Source: Candidatus Avisuccinivibrio stercorigallinarum
Lineage (GTDB): Bacteria; Pseudomonadota; Gammaproteobacteria; Enterobacterales; Succinivibrionaceae
Length of the DNA stretch: 64,000 bases
NCBI GenBank assembly: GCA_017694225.1
Contig: JADINH010000174.1
Coordinates: 8,807-72,806 of the forward strand
Reading direction: 5' to 3'
Of the stretch, positions 56,132-64,000 are shown piece by piece; position 1 is the first letter of the stretch; the number at the start of each line of letters is the position of its first letter. The notes under the pieces are model-generated. The model ran no database searches. It saw nothing but the letters and a program-made list of their open reading frames with translations, and was not told the DNA's origin. A program made the position numbers and the translations under genes.

Positions 56132-57967
56132 TTATTCCTTCTTGCCGCCGGCAGCACGGAAGGCGCGCACGCGGTCCATCTCAGAGAGGTTCTTTTTGCG
56201 CAAGCGGATGCTCTTTGGTGTTACCTCCACCAGCTCGTCTTCGTTGATGAACTCCAGGGCCTGCTCTAAGGTCATGTGCACAGCCGGGGTCAGGATGATG
56301 TTGTCATCAGAGCCTGCGGCACGCACATTGGTGAGCTTCTTGGTTTTCAGCGGGTTTACGGTCAAATCATTGGTGCGCACGTGCAGACCGATGATCTGGC
56401 CCTCATAGACGTCCTCGCCGGCATCGACGAACAGACGGCCGCGCTCCTGCAGGAACCACAGGGCGTAAGGCACGGTCTTGCCGGTGTCGTTTGAAATGAG
56501 CACGCCGTTCTGGCGCTCACCGATGGAGCCGCCGACGAACTCGTCGTAGCTGTCAAAGGTGTGGTACATCAGGCCGGTGCCTGAGGTCAGGGTCAGGTAC
56601 AGGGACTGGAAGCCGATTAAGCCGCGTGACGGAATGCGGTAATCAAGGCGCACGCGGCCCTTGCCGTCCGGGGTCATGTTCTTGAGCTCACCCTTGCGGC
56701 GGCCGAGCTCTTCCATCACTGAGCCCTGATTTTCCTCCTGCAGATCAAGGGTCAGCACTTCATAGGGCTCTAAGGTCCTGCCGTTTTCATCCTTGTGAAG
56801 AATTACCTCCGGACGGGAAACGCCCAGCTCATAGCCCTCACGGCGCATCTGCTCAATTAACACGGACAGGTGCAGCTCACCGCGGCCGGAGACGCGGAAG
56901 CGGTCAGGCTCATCGGTGTTCTCCACGCGCAGGGCCACGTTGTGCACCAGCTCTTCGCGCAGGCGCTCCTCGATATTGCGGGAGGTCACGAACTTGCCCT
57001 CACGGCCGGCAAAGGGTGAGGTGTTGACGCAGAAGTTCATGGAGACGGTAGGCTCGTCCACGGACAGGGCCGGCAGGGCCTCGACCTTGGAAGGAGCGCA
57101 GACGGTATCGGAGATCTTAAGCTCACCAAGGCCGGTTAAGGCGATGATGTCGCCTGCCTCAGCCTCTTCAACCTCAGAGCGGTGCAGGCCTAAATAGCCG
57201 AGCACCTGGCCGATTTTGCCCTGGCGGACCTTGCCGTCAGCACCGATGATGGAGACGGTCTGATTGGGCTTGGCCGTGCCGCGGGTCACGCGGCCCACGC
57301 CGATGACGCCCACGTAGGAGGTGTAATCAAGTGAGGAGATCTGCATCTGGAACGGACCGTCCAGATCGGCCTCAGGCGGGGAGACGCGCTCGATAATGGT
57401 GTTAAACAAGGGCTCCATGTTATCGCCGTGATCGTCCGGATCAAGGCTGGCCCAGCCAGCTAAGGCAGAGGCATAGACAATCGGGAAGTCAAGCTGCTCA
57501 TCGGTGGCGCCTAAGTTGTCAAACAGGTCAAACACCTGATCGATTACCCAGTCCGGGCGGGCGCCTTCACGGTCGCACTTGTTGATCACCACAATGGGCT
57601 TTAAGCCGCGGGCAAAAGCCTTCTGGGTGACGAAGCGGGTCTGCGGCATCGGGCCGTCCACGGCGTCAACGAGCAGCAGTACAGAATCAACCATGCTCAT
57701 CACGCGCTCCACCTCGCCGCCGAAGTCTGCGTGGCCCGGGGTGTCTACGATGTTGATGCGGTAGCCGTTCCAGTTGATGGCGGTGTTTTTGGACAGAATG
57801 GTAATGCCGCGCTCTTTTTCAATGGCGTTGGAGTCCATGACGCGCTCCTGCCCGAGCTCGCTTCTGTCCAAAGTGCCGGACTGGCGCAGCAGCTTGTCCA
57901 CTAAGGTAGTTTTGCCGTGATCAACATGCGCAATGATGGCAATGTTGCGGATCTTCTGTACATCCAT
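56132..57967 (-). CDS. typA: Translational GTPase TypA/BipA
   Basis: [19 protein letters not shown] and [14 protein letters not shown]. 611 aa, collinear with BipA. Confidence 0.95.
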   Translation of the reverse strand: MDVQKIRNIAIIAHVDHGKTTLVDKLLRQSGTLDRSELGQERVMDSNAIEKERGITILSKNTAINWNGYRINIVDTPGHADFGGEVERVMSMVDSVLLLVDAVDGPMPQTRFVTQKAFARGLKPIVVINKCDREGARPDWVIDQVFDLFDNLGATDEQLDFPIVYASALAGWASLDPDDHGDNMEPLFNTIIERVSPPEADLDGPFQMQISSLDYTSYVGVIGVGRVTRGTAKPNQTVSIIGADGKVRQGKIGQVLGYLGLHRSEVEEAEAGDIIALTGLGELKISDTVCAPSKVEALPALSVDEPTVSMNFCVNTSPFAGREGKFVTSRNIEERLREELVHNVALRVENTDEPDRFRVSGRGELHLSVLIEQMRREGYELGVSRPEVILHKDENGRTLEPYEVLTLDLQEENQGSVMEELGRRKGELKNMTPDGKGRVRLDYRIPSRGLIGFQSLYLTLTSGTGLMYHTFDSYDEFVGGSIGERQNGVLISNDTGKTVPYALWFLQERGRLFVDAGEDVYEGQIIGLHVRTNDLTVNPLKTKKLTNVRAAGSDDNIILTPAVHMTLEQALEFINEDELVEVTPKSIRLRKKNLSEMDRVRAFRAAGGKKE

Positions 57968-58248
57968 CTTCTTAGAAACCTGTAAAACTCAAAAAACTGT
58001 AAAATGAGAAAGAATAGAATTAAATGCCAAAAATCTGGGCGCTATTGTACTCTAAAACCGGACAGATCTCGCATTTTGTGAGCGCTGGCGCAAAATTTTG
58101 GGCTGATGCACGCTTTTAGCTGCACCCGGCATGCGCACCGCTCCGGCCGGACTGATTAAGCGCGTGGCTTGGGTAAACGGGCTGGAGCGCCTGCAGGCCT
58201 TGTTAACAATGTTAAGAACATGTTATTTCAGAAATAGGAATGGCTTTC

Positions 58249-58461
58249 ATGGGCAAGACAATCATTAATATCTGTATTGATGCAGATGTGAAGCGGCAGT
58301 TTCAGGCTTTGTGTGCTGAAGCAGGCCTGAGCATGACAGCGGGGTTTAGTCTCCTGGCGCGCAAGTGCGTGGAGGAGAAGCGCATCCCCTTTGAAGACGG
58401 CGGCGGGGTGCCGAACAATGAAACTATTGCACCGAAGGAAGATGCAGAGAATGAAGGCTAA
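58249..58461 (+). CDS. RelB/DinJ-family antitoxin-like protein (no toxin partner)
   Basis: INICIDADVKRQFQALCAEAGLSMTAGFSLLARKCVEEKRIPF fits the DinJ/RelB ribbon-helix-helix pattern. An AGGA sequence lies 9 nt before the ATG at 58249. Confidence 0.65.
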   Translation: MGKTIINICIDADVKRQFQALCAEAGLSMTAGFSLLARKCVEEKRIPFEDGGGVPNNETIAPKEDAENEG

Positions 58462-58647
58462 TCCGCTTTCTGAGGACGAATAAACAAAGGCTGCAGCAGG
58501 GTGTGTGGGCAGGGGGAGGTGCTGCCTGAAAAAATAGTGCAGATTCCGATTTTTATGCGCCAAATTGTGACGTTGCGCACCTTTTTTTGCTAAAATTCAG
58601 GGCAACTGTGACTTATTTTTGTGCAAATGCACTTTTAGGAGATTTAT

Positions 58648-60057
58648 ATGACCGTTGCTGAAGTGATGGAGCTCATTGCAAAGGAGAACGTGCGCTTTGC
58701 AGATCTGCGTTTTACCGATACCAAGGGCAAAGAGCAGCATGTATCTATTCCAGCAAAGATGGTAAATGAAGACTTCTTCACTGAAGGCAAAATGTTTGAC
58801 GGCTCCTCCATGGCCGGCTGGAAGGGCATCGACAAGTCAGACATGGTGCTGATGCCTGATGTAGAAACAGTGCATCTCGATCCTTTCTATGATGTGCCGA
58901 CCATCATAGTGCGCTGCGACGTGCTCGACGCCGCCACCATGAGCGGCTATGACCGCGATCCGCGTTCCGTGGCCAAGCGCGCTGAGGATTATCTGCGCTC
59001 CACCGGCCTGGGTGACGAGTGCATCGTCGGCCCGGAGCCTGAGTTCTTTATTTTTGATGACGTGCGCTGGGATGTCGGCATGGGCGGCAGCGCTTATCAG
59101 GTCGATGCCTATGAGGCCGCCTGGAACTCCAAGACTGAATATGAAGACGGCAATTTGGGCCACCGCACCAGCGTCAAGGGCGGTTATTTCCCGGTGCCGC
59201 CGGTTGATCCCTCACAGGACATCCGCTCTGAAATGTGCATGGTGATGGAGGATATGGGCCTTGTCATCGAAGCCCACCATCACGAGGTTGCCACCTGCGG
59301 CCAGAACGAAATCGCCTGCCGCTGCAACACCCTCACCAAGAAGGCTGACGAGGTCATGATCTACAAGTATGTAGTGCAGAACGTAGCCGACAAGTGGGGC
59401 AAGTCCGTGACCTTTATGCCCAAGCCCATCATGGGTGACAACGGCTCTGGCATGCACTGCCACTTCTCCTTCGTCAAGGACGGCCAGAACACCTTTGCCG
59501 GCAATATGTACGGCGGCCTGTCACAGGACGCTTTATGGTTCATCGGCGGCATCATCAAGCATGCCAAGGCCTTAAATGCCTTCACCAATCCGTCCACCAA
59601 CTCCTACAAGCGCCTGGTGCCGGGCTTTGAAGCTCCGGTGATGCTGGCCTACTCAGCTGCCAACCGCTCAGCTTCGATCCGCATTCCGCACACCATGAAC
59701 CCGAAGAATGCACACCTTGAGGTGCGCTTCCCTGACTGTATGGCAAATCCATACCTTGCTTTTGCGGCCATGCTGATGGCCGGCATCGACGGCATCTTAA
59801 ACCGCATCAATCCGGGCGATCCGATGGACAAGAACCTCTACGACCTGCCCCCTGAGGAGGCCAAGGCCATTCCGCAGGTCTGCAGCTCACTTGAAGAGGC
59901 CTTAAACGCCCTGGTGGAAGATCACGAGTTCTTAACTGAAGGCGGCGTCTTCACCGAGGATATGATCAAGGCTTACATCGAGATCAAGCGCGCTGAGGTT
60001 TCACGCCTGAACTGCGCTCCGCACCCGGTGGAATTTGAGATGTACTACAGCCTCTAA
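58648..60057 (+). CDS. glnA: Glutamine synthetase type I
   Basis: 469 aa with canonical GSI blocks ([18 protein letters not shown]) and the adenylylation-site context [10 protein letters not shown]. Confidence 0.97.
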   Translation: MTVAEVMELIAKENVRFADLRFTDTKGKEQHVSIPAKMVNEDFFTEGKMFDGSSMAGWKGIDKSDMVLMPDVETVHLDPFYDVPTIIVRCDVLDAATMSGYDRDPRSVAKRAEDYLRSTGLGDECIVGPEPEFFIFDDVRWDVGMGGSAYQVDAYEAAWNSKTEYEDGNLGHRTSVKGGYFPVPPVDPSQDIRSEMCMVMEDMGLVIEAHHHEVATCGQNEIACRCNTLTKKADEVMIYKYVVQNVADKWGKSVTFMPKPIMGDNGSGMHCHFSFVKDGQNTFAGNMYGGLSQDALWFIGGIIKHAKALNAFTNPSTNSYKRLVPGFEAPVMLAYSAANRSASIRIPHTMNPKNAHLEVRFPDCMANPYLAFAAMLMAGIDGILNRINPGDPMDKNLYDLPPEEAKAIPQVCSSLEEALNALVEDHEFLTEGGVFTEDMIKAYIEIKRAEVSRLNCAPHPVEFEMYYSL

Positions 60058-60079
60058 GCATTTAGGACATTCCTCCGGG

Positions 60080-60120
60080 GCCCTGCTTTGGTACAATCTG
60101 AAGCAGGGCTTTTCTTTTTC
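60080..60120 (+). terminator. Rho-independent terminator after glnA
   Basis: GCCCTGCTT-N12-AAGCAGGGC followed by TTTTCTTTTT. Confidence 0.7.
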
Positions 60121-60122
60121 AG

Positions 60123-61079
60123 GTGGTTAACGTGGCAAAAGGCAGAAGCGCACTTGGCGAACTTTGTGATTACTTCATTTCGCGTGTCAAACGGGATGAA
60201 CTCTTTTTGGAAGCGGCGGCGCTGTCCTTTACCACCATTCTGGCCCTGATTCCGGCGCTGACCGTGGTGGTCTCCATTTTCACCATGGTGCCGGCCTTTG
60301 AGCCGCTGCGCGAACAGCTGCTCAATTTTGCGGGCCAAAACTTCATGCCGGTCTTCACTGAGGCCGTCAACGAATACATCGGCAAGTTCGTCTCCCATGC
60401 AGGCTCCATGACCGTCACCGGCAGCATCATGCTGATCGTGGTCTCGCTGCTTTTGGTGCGCGCGGTGGACAAGACCATCAACCGCATCTGGCGCGGCGGC
60501 AGGCGCCGCGCGGCCATGACCGTGGCCATCTACTGGACCATGCTCACCATGGGCCCGCTGGTGGCGGCAGCCCTGATGTGGCTGACCTCACGCATCATCA
60601 CCCTGACCTTATTTGAAGTGGATTTGAACTTTGCGCAGCAGAGCCTGTACTTTGTGATGCCGGTGGTGATCGAATGGGGCATGGTGACCGTGCTCTTTAT
60701 GGCCGTGCCGATAGCTCAGGTCAAGCTGCGCGACGCGCTGCTCGGTGCCCTGCTTGTTACCTTTTTATTTGAGGCGGCCAAGCGCATTTTTGCGGCCTTC
60801 ATTTTGAACTTCTCTGACTATCAGGCCATTTACGGCGCGCTGGCGGCGCTGCCGGTGCTGATGATTTGGATCAACATCAACTGGTTTATTGTGCTCTTAG
60901 GCGCTGAGTTTACTGCCTGCCTTGGCACCGTGCGCCAGGGCACGGCGGATGTGCCGCTGCTCTTTGTCAAATTTGCCGAGCTTACCGGTTCGACCTTTGG
61001 CAACGACCACTTAAAGAAGGTGCAGCCCAAGATCAGGATCAAGGTCAGCCGCAAAACCCAGCCTGAGCCTGAGCGCTGA
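60123..61079 (+). CDS. YihY/BrkB-family inner membrane protein
   Basis: The six-TM pattern, with LSFTTILALIPALTVV and ...WININWFIVLLGAEF, is typical of the YihY (Rbn-like) family. The GTG start is uncertain. Confidence 0.8.
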   Translation: MVNVAKGRSALGELCDYFISRVKRDELFLEAAALSFTTILALIPALTVVVSIFTMVPAFEPLREQLLNFAGQNFMPVFTEAVNEYIGKFVSHAGSMTVTGSIMLIVVSLLLVRAVDKTINRIWRGGRRRAAMTVAIYWTMLTMGPLVAAALMWLTSRIITLTLFEVDLNFAQQSLYFVMPVVIEWGMVTVLFMAVPIAQVKLRDALLGALLVTFLFEAAKRIFAAFILNFSDYQAIYGALAALPVLMIWININWFIVLLGAEFTACLGTVRQGTADVPLLFVKFAELTGSTFGNDHLKKVQPKIRIKVSRKTQPEPER

Positions 61080-61287
61080 TCTGACTGCGCTGCGGCGGTC
61101 CCGGGCTTTCTTGTAAGTGAGAAAAATTAATCAAAAACTTTAATTTTGTGCGCTGCGGCTAAGCATGGGCTAATTCTTCAGACTTAGAATGGAACCATGC
61201 AGAACGGCAGAGTGCTCTGCCGGATTTAAAGGAAATCAGGGGCCTGAAGCTGCCCCGGACTGAAAAGAATAAAAGAGGAATGAAGTT

Positions 61288-61674
61288 ATGAAGAAGTTAT
61301 ACATCACCGCAGCTGCCGCCGCTTTATTTTCCGCTGCTGCTTTAGCCGCCCCGCAGGGTTTTAACGGCGGCCAGGGCGTGGCCGGCGGCCCCCAGGGCTT
61401 TAACAATGCAGCTCCCAATACCGTAGCTGCCGTGAAGAGCCAGGCCTACGATGATCAGATTGTGACCCTGCAGGGCCGCCTGACCAAGCATCTGCAGAAG
61501 GACCACTATGAATTTACCGATCTGCAGGGCAACACCATTGAAGTCGAGCTCGATGATGATCAGGACTGGAGCAATATCGCCAAGGATCAGTTAATCGAGA
61601 TCGTCGGTGAAGTCGACAAGGATCTGCTGAGCATCAGCATCGACGTCAAGCGCGCCGTCCCGGTGCAGCAGTAA
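61288..61674 (+). CDS. YgiW/YdeI-family periplasmic OB-fold (BOF) stress protein
   Basis: A signal peptide followed by VTLQGRLTKHLQKDHYEFTDLQGNTIEVELDDD...EIVGEVDKD, the characteristic BOF pattern. Confidence 0.8.
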   Translation: MKKLYITAAAAALFSAAALAAPQGFNGGQGVAGGPQGFNNAAPNTVAAVKSQAYDDQIVTLQGRLTKHLQKDHYEFTDLQGNTIEVELDDDQDWSNIAKDQLIEIVGEVDKDLLSISIDVKRAVPVQQ

Positions 61675-61739
61675 AGCAGTAAGCATTACATAGAAACCAA
61701 GCCTCTGAAAAGTTCCTGCAGCTCCCGCTGCGGGGCTTT

Positions 61740-62657
61740 TTATTTTGGTGCTTTCACCGAGAGCTTTAATTTCGGGACATAGAACTCTTCAATGCGGCTT
61801 TTTAAATAGGCAAAGGGCTCGGACATGGCGATGCTGTCCTTCCAGATGAGGTTCATGGTGGCATCCGGGAAATCGAGATTGCTGTCATCAAGGAAGGTGA
61901 GCTTGCCGTAAAAGTCATGCTCGGTGAGGATCAAAATCTCCGGCACCACTGCAAAGCCCACGCCGGAGGCGACAAGCGACAGGGCGTAATAGAAATTGTC
62001 CACTTCCCAGTTGAGCGGGGAGAGCGTGATGCCCTTGTGGTTGGCGCTTAAATTCGAGCAGATCACGATCTGCCGGTAGTGGGCCAGCTCATCGCGGGTG
62101 ATTCCTCTGCTGCCGCACAGAGGGTGATTTTTGCTGATGATGACGCGGTTGACCACGGTGCCTAAGGTGAGACAGGCATAGGGGAGGGTCTGGCTGTGAT
62201 TGAAGAACAGCGCCGCGTCGAGCGGGTAATCCTGCATGAACTCTTTGACATCAAAGGAGGAAATCGGCGACAGGCGCAGCTGCAGCGCCGGATAGCGCCC
62301 GGCAAAGTCGCGCAGGATTTCAAAGAGCTCCTGATTGTAGATGGAAAAATCAATGCCAAAATGCAGTGACGGTCTTTCGATGCCCATGAGAGAGCGGGCG
62401 CGCTCGGCAAAGAGCAGATTGTCATCGTAGAGCTTCTGCATCTGCGGCAGCAGCAGTCTGCCCCTTTCAGTGAGCCTGATCTTGTGGCCGCGCTCAAAGA
62501 GCTTGTAGCCCAAATCAGTCTCCAGATCGTCAATGCGTTTTGATACTGCCGATTGTGCGCAGCCCATGCTGCGGGCTGCCTGAGAAAAGGAGCCGGTGCG
62601 GGCGGCGAGCAGCACTGCCTGCAGTGTACTGTATTGTATGGCCTGCCCGTCGTCCAT
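61740..62657 (-). CDS. LysR-family transcriptional regulator
   Basis: N-terminal HTH LQAVLLAARTGSFSQAARSMGCAQSAVSKRIDDLE and a LysR substrate-binding domain. It is transcribed in the same direction as, and lies just downstream of, an MFS gene. Confidence 0.9.
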   Translation of the reverse strand: MDDGQAIQYSTLQAVLLAARTGSFSQAARSMGCAQSAVSKRIDDLETDLGYKLFERGHKIRLTERGRLLLPQMQKLYDDNLLFAERARSLMGIERPSLHFGIDFSIYNQELFEILRDFAGRYPALQLRLSPISSFDVKEFMQDYPLDAALFFNHSQTLPYACLTLGTVVNRVIISKNHPLCGSRGITRDELAHYRQIVICSNLSANHKGITLSPLNWEVDNFYYALSLVASGVGFAVVPEILILTEHDFYGKLTFLDDSNLDFPDATMNLIWKDSIAMSEPFAYLKSRIEEFYVPKLKLSVKAPK

Positions 62658-62681
62658 GATGCACCAGCCTCCGTGGAGATG

Positions 62682-63851
62682 TTATGCCTGATGGCTGAAA
62701 ACCTTTGGTGTGGCGCAAATGAGCACGGTAAGCGCCAGCACCGCCAATCCCAAGGTAAAGAAAGCCCCGTTCAAGGTCAAGTGCTCAGCCAGATATCCAA
62801 TCAAAGCCGGGCCCACGATCAGCGCGCCGTAGCCGCAGGTGGAGACCGCGGAGATGGCGGCTAAGACCGGCATGCTCTTTTGCTTTCCGGCAAGGCTGAT
62901 GCAGATGGGCATCACGTTGGCAAGGGACAGGCCCAGAACCAGGAAGCACACATAGAGCAGCAGCAGATGGTCGATGAAGAACACCGCAATCAGGCTTAAG
63001 GCGCACAGCAGCACGCTCACGCTTAAGACTTTGTAGGTCTTGAAGCGGCCGATTAAGTAGGCGCCGGCAAAGCGCGAGGCTGCCATGGCGGTGACCAGCA
63101 CCACATAGCCTGAGCTGGCAAAGTTCAGCGGGATGTCGGTCTTTTGCAGCAGGAACAGCGCAGACCAGTCCAGCATGCCGCCTTCGACCATGTAAATCAG
63201 GCTTGAGACCAGCGCGAACATCAGCACCGCGCCCTTGGGGATGACCAGGGCTGAGCTTTTCTTCTGGCCCTTGAAGTCAGCGGGGCTGAACTTGATGGTG
63301 CCAAGCGTGCTTAACACGGTCAGACTTAACAGTGCGCAGGGCACAAACAAGGCTGCAATAAAGCCTAAGTTAAGCCCCAGCAGCACCACGGCGGTGATCA
63401 GGGCGCCAATCTCACCTACAGAATAGCAGCCGTGCATCGAGGGCAGCAGGATCAGCCTGAGTTTATCCTCAAGGTATGAGGCATAAATATTGCCGCCCAC
63501 CTCCAGGATGCCCAGGGCAAAACCAAAGCTGAAAATGGCGATGGCCGCCTGGCTGTAGTCATTGATCAGGATGCAGCTGAGCAGTGCTGCATTGATGGTA
63601 ACTGCGGCTGCTGCAAAGATCCACTTCATCGGGATGTAACGCAAAAACAGCGAAATGCAGATCATGCCGATAATGGAACCGCTGCCCATGAGCAGGATCA
63701 AATGGGACAATTCCAAATGCGAAAGATTAAGCTCTGCCTTAACATACGGCACCAGAGGCGCCCAGGCTGCGACAGCGAAGCCTGCCAGCGCGAACAAGGC
63801 GCGGGCTGAAAAGATTGTTCCGGCAGGGCGTTTTGTGTCGTGTATAAACAT
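62682..63851 (-). CDS. MFS-type transporter
   Basis: 389 aa with about 12 hydrophobic segments and a two-halves organisation. Confidence 0.85.
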   Translation of the reverse strand: MFIHDTKRPAGTIFSARALFALAGFAVAAWAPLVPYVKAELNLSHLELSHLILLMGSGSIIGMICISLFLRYIPMKWIFAAAAVTINAALLSCILINDYSQAAIAIFSFGFALGILEVGGNIYASYLEDKLRLILLPSMHGCYSVGEIGALITAVVLLGLNLGFIAALFVPCALLSLTVLSTLGTIKFSPADFKGQKKSSALVIPKGAVLMFALVSSLIYMVEGGMLDWSALFLLQKTDIPLNFASSGYVVLVTAMAASRFAGAYLIGRFKTYKVLSVSVLLCALSLIAVFFIDHLLLLYVCFLVLGLSLANVMPICISLAGKQKSMPVLAAISAVSTCGYGALIVGPALIGYLAEHLTLNGAFFTLGLAVLALTVLICATPKVFSHQA

Positions 63852-63917
63852 ACGAACCTCCGTCCTGTTGTGTTTCTGTTTTTATTATCCATCATTTGAG
63901 AGGGCTTACAAAGTTAG

Positions 63918-63941
63918 GATCCATCTCAAAAAAGATGGATC
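63918..63941. terminator. Perfect 9-bp-stem hairpin upstream of the MFS gene (terminator or operator; function unclear)
   Basis: GATCCATCT-caaaaa-AGATGGATC. On the minus strand it directly follows a possible stop at 63944-63946 of an ORF entering from beyond the window edge. Confidence 0.3.
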
Positions 63942-64000
63942 GTTTAAGCAGCAGCCGGAACAGAGGGAACTGCCGGAACGTCAGAGGAAGCTGGAGCTGC

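Noticed and set aside
58462-58647. Sigma54 (-24/-12) promoter upstream of glnA
   Set aside because: I looked for TGGCAC-N5-TTGCW. The closest word, TTGCGCACCTTTTTTTGCT, does not place GG and GC at the required 10-nt spacing. No canonical promoter is supported, which fits the GAFTGA-less NtrC.
63944-64000. Possible 3' end of a minus-strand CDS entering from the right window edge (...AAPASSDVPAVPSVPAAA*)
   Set aside because: Only 18 codons are visible and the composition is low-complexity. The fragment is too short to separate from chance, so only the adjacent hairpin is reported.

Overview
This window looks like the origin-proximal part of a gammaproteobacterial chromosome. Its backbone is the conserved divergent pair rpmH-rnpA-yidD-yidC-mnmE (minus strand) and dnaA-dnaN-recF-gyrB (plus strand). 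Other housekeeping genes are efp, glyQS, spoT-rpoZ, gmk, engB, glnLG, typA and glnA. Accessory material sits between them:

- an IclR/TRAP-transporter sugar-acid catabolic island (3.1-12.6 kb);
- three AAA-ATPase-like (PF09820-type) genes, one of them frameshifted;
- an AT-rich islet next to tRNA-Thr, containing an IS4/IS1634-like transposase gene split by a 4.6-kb IS21-family element that carries extra cargo;
- a GGDEF / DNA-methyltransferase / orphan HicB module wedged between rpoZ and gmk;
- an orphan DinJ/RelB-like antitoxin upstream of glnA.

The most unusual signals are non-coding or at motif level:

1. A 2.4-kb stretch between gyrB and glyS with no credible ORF. Its AT-rich right half carries nine dispersed copies of the 16-bp palindrome TGATC(C/T)ACGTGGATCA. 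Each copy has two GATC sites one helical turn apart, matches canonical parS at 12/16 positions, and has DnaA-box-like halves. It could be a centromere, an origin or a titration array.
2. About 9.5 head-to-tail copies of a 41-43 bp repeat between glnG and a CheX-like gene.
3. An NtrC homologue whose AAA+ core has lost the GAFTGA loop, the Walker A lysine and the Walker B aspartate.

No CRISPR array, rRNA or recognisable multi-gene defence system was seen. All calls come from reading the ORF translations and the DNA by eye; no database search was possible.
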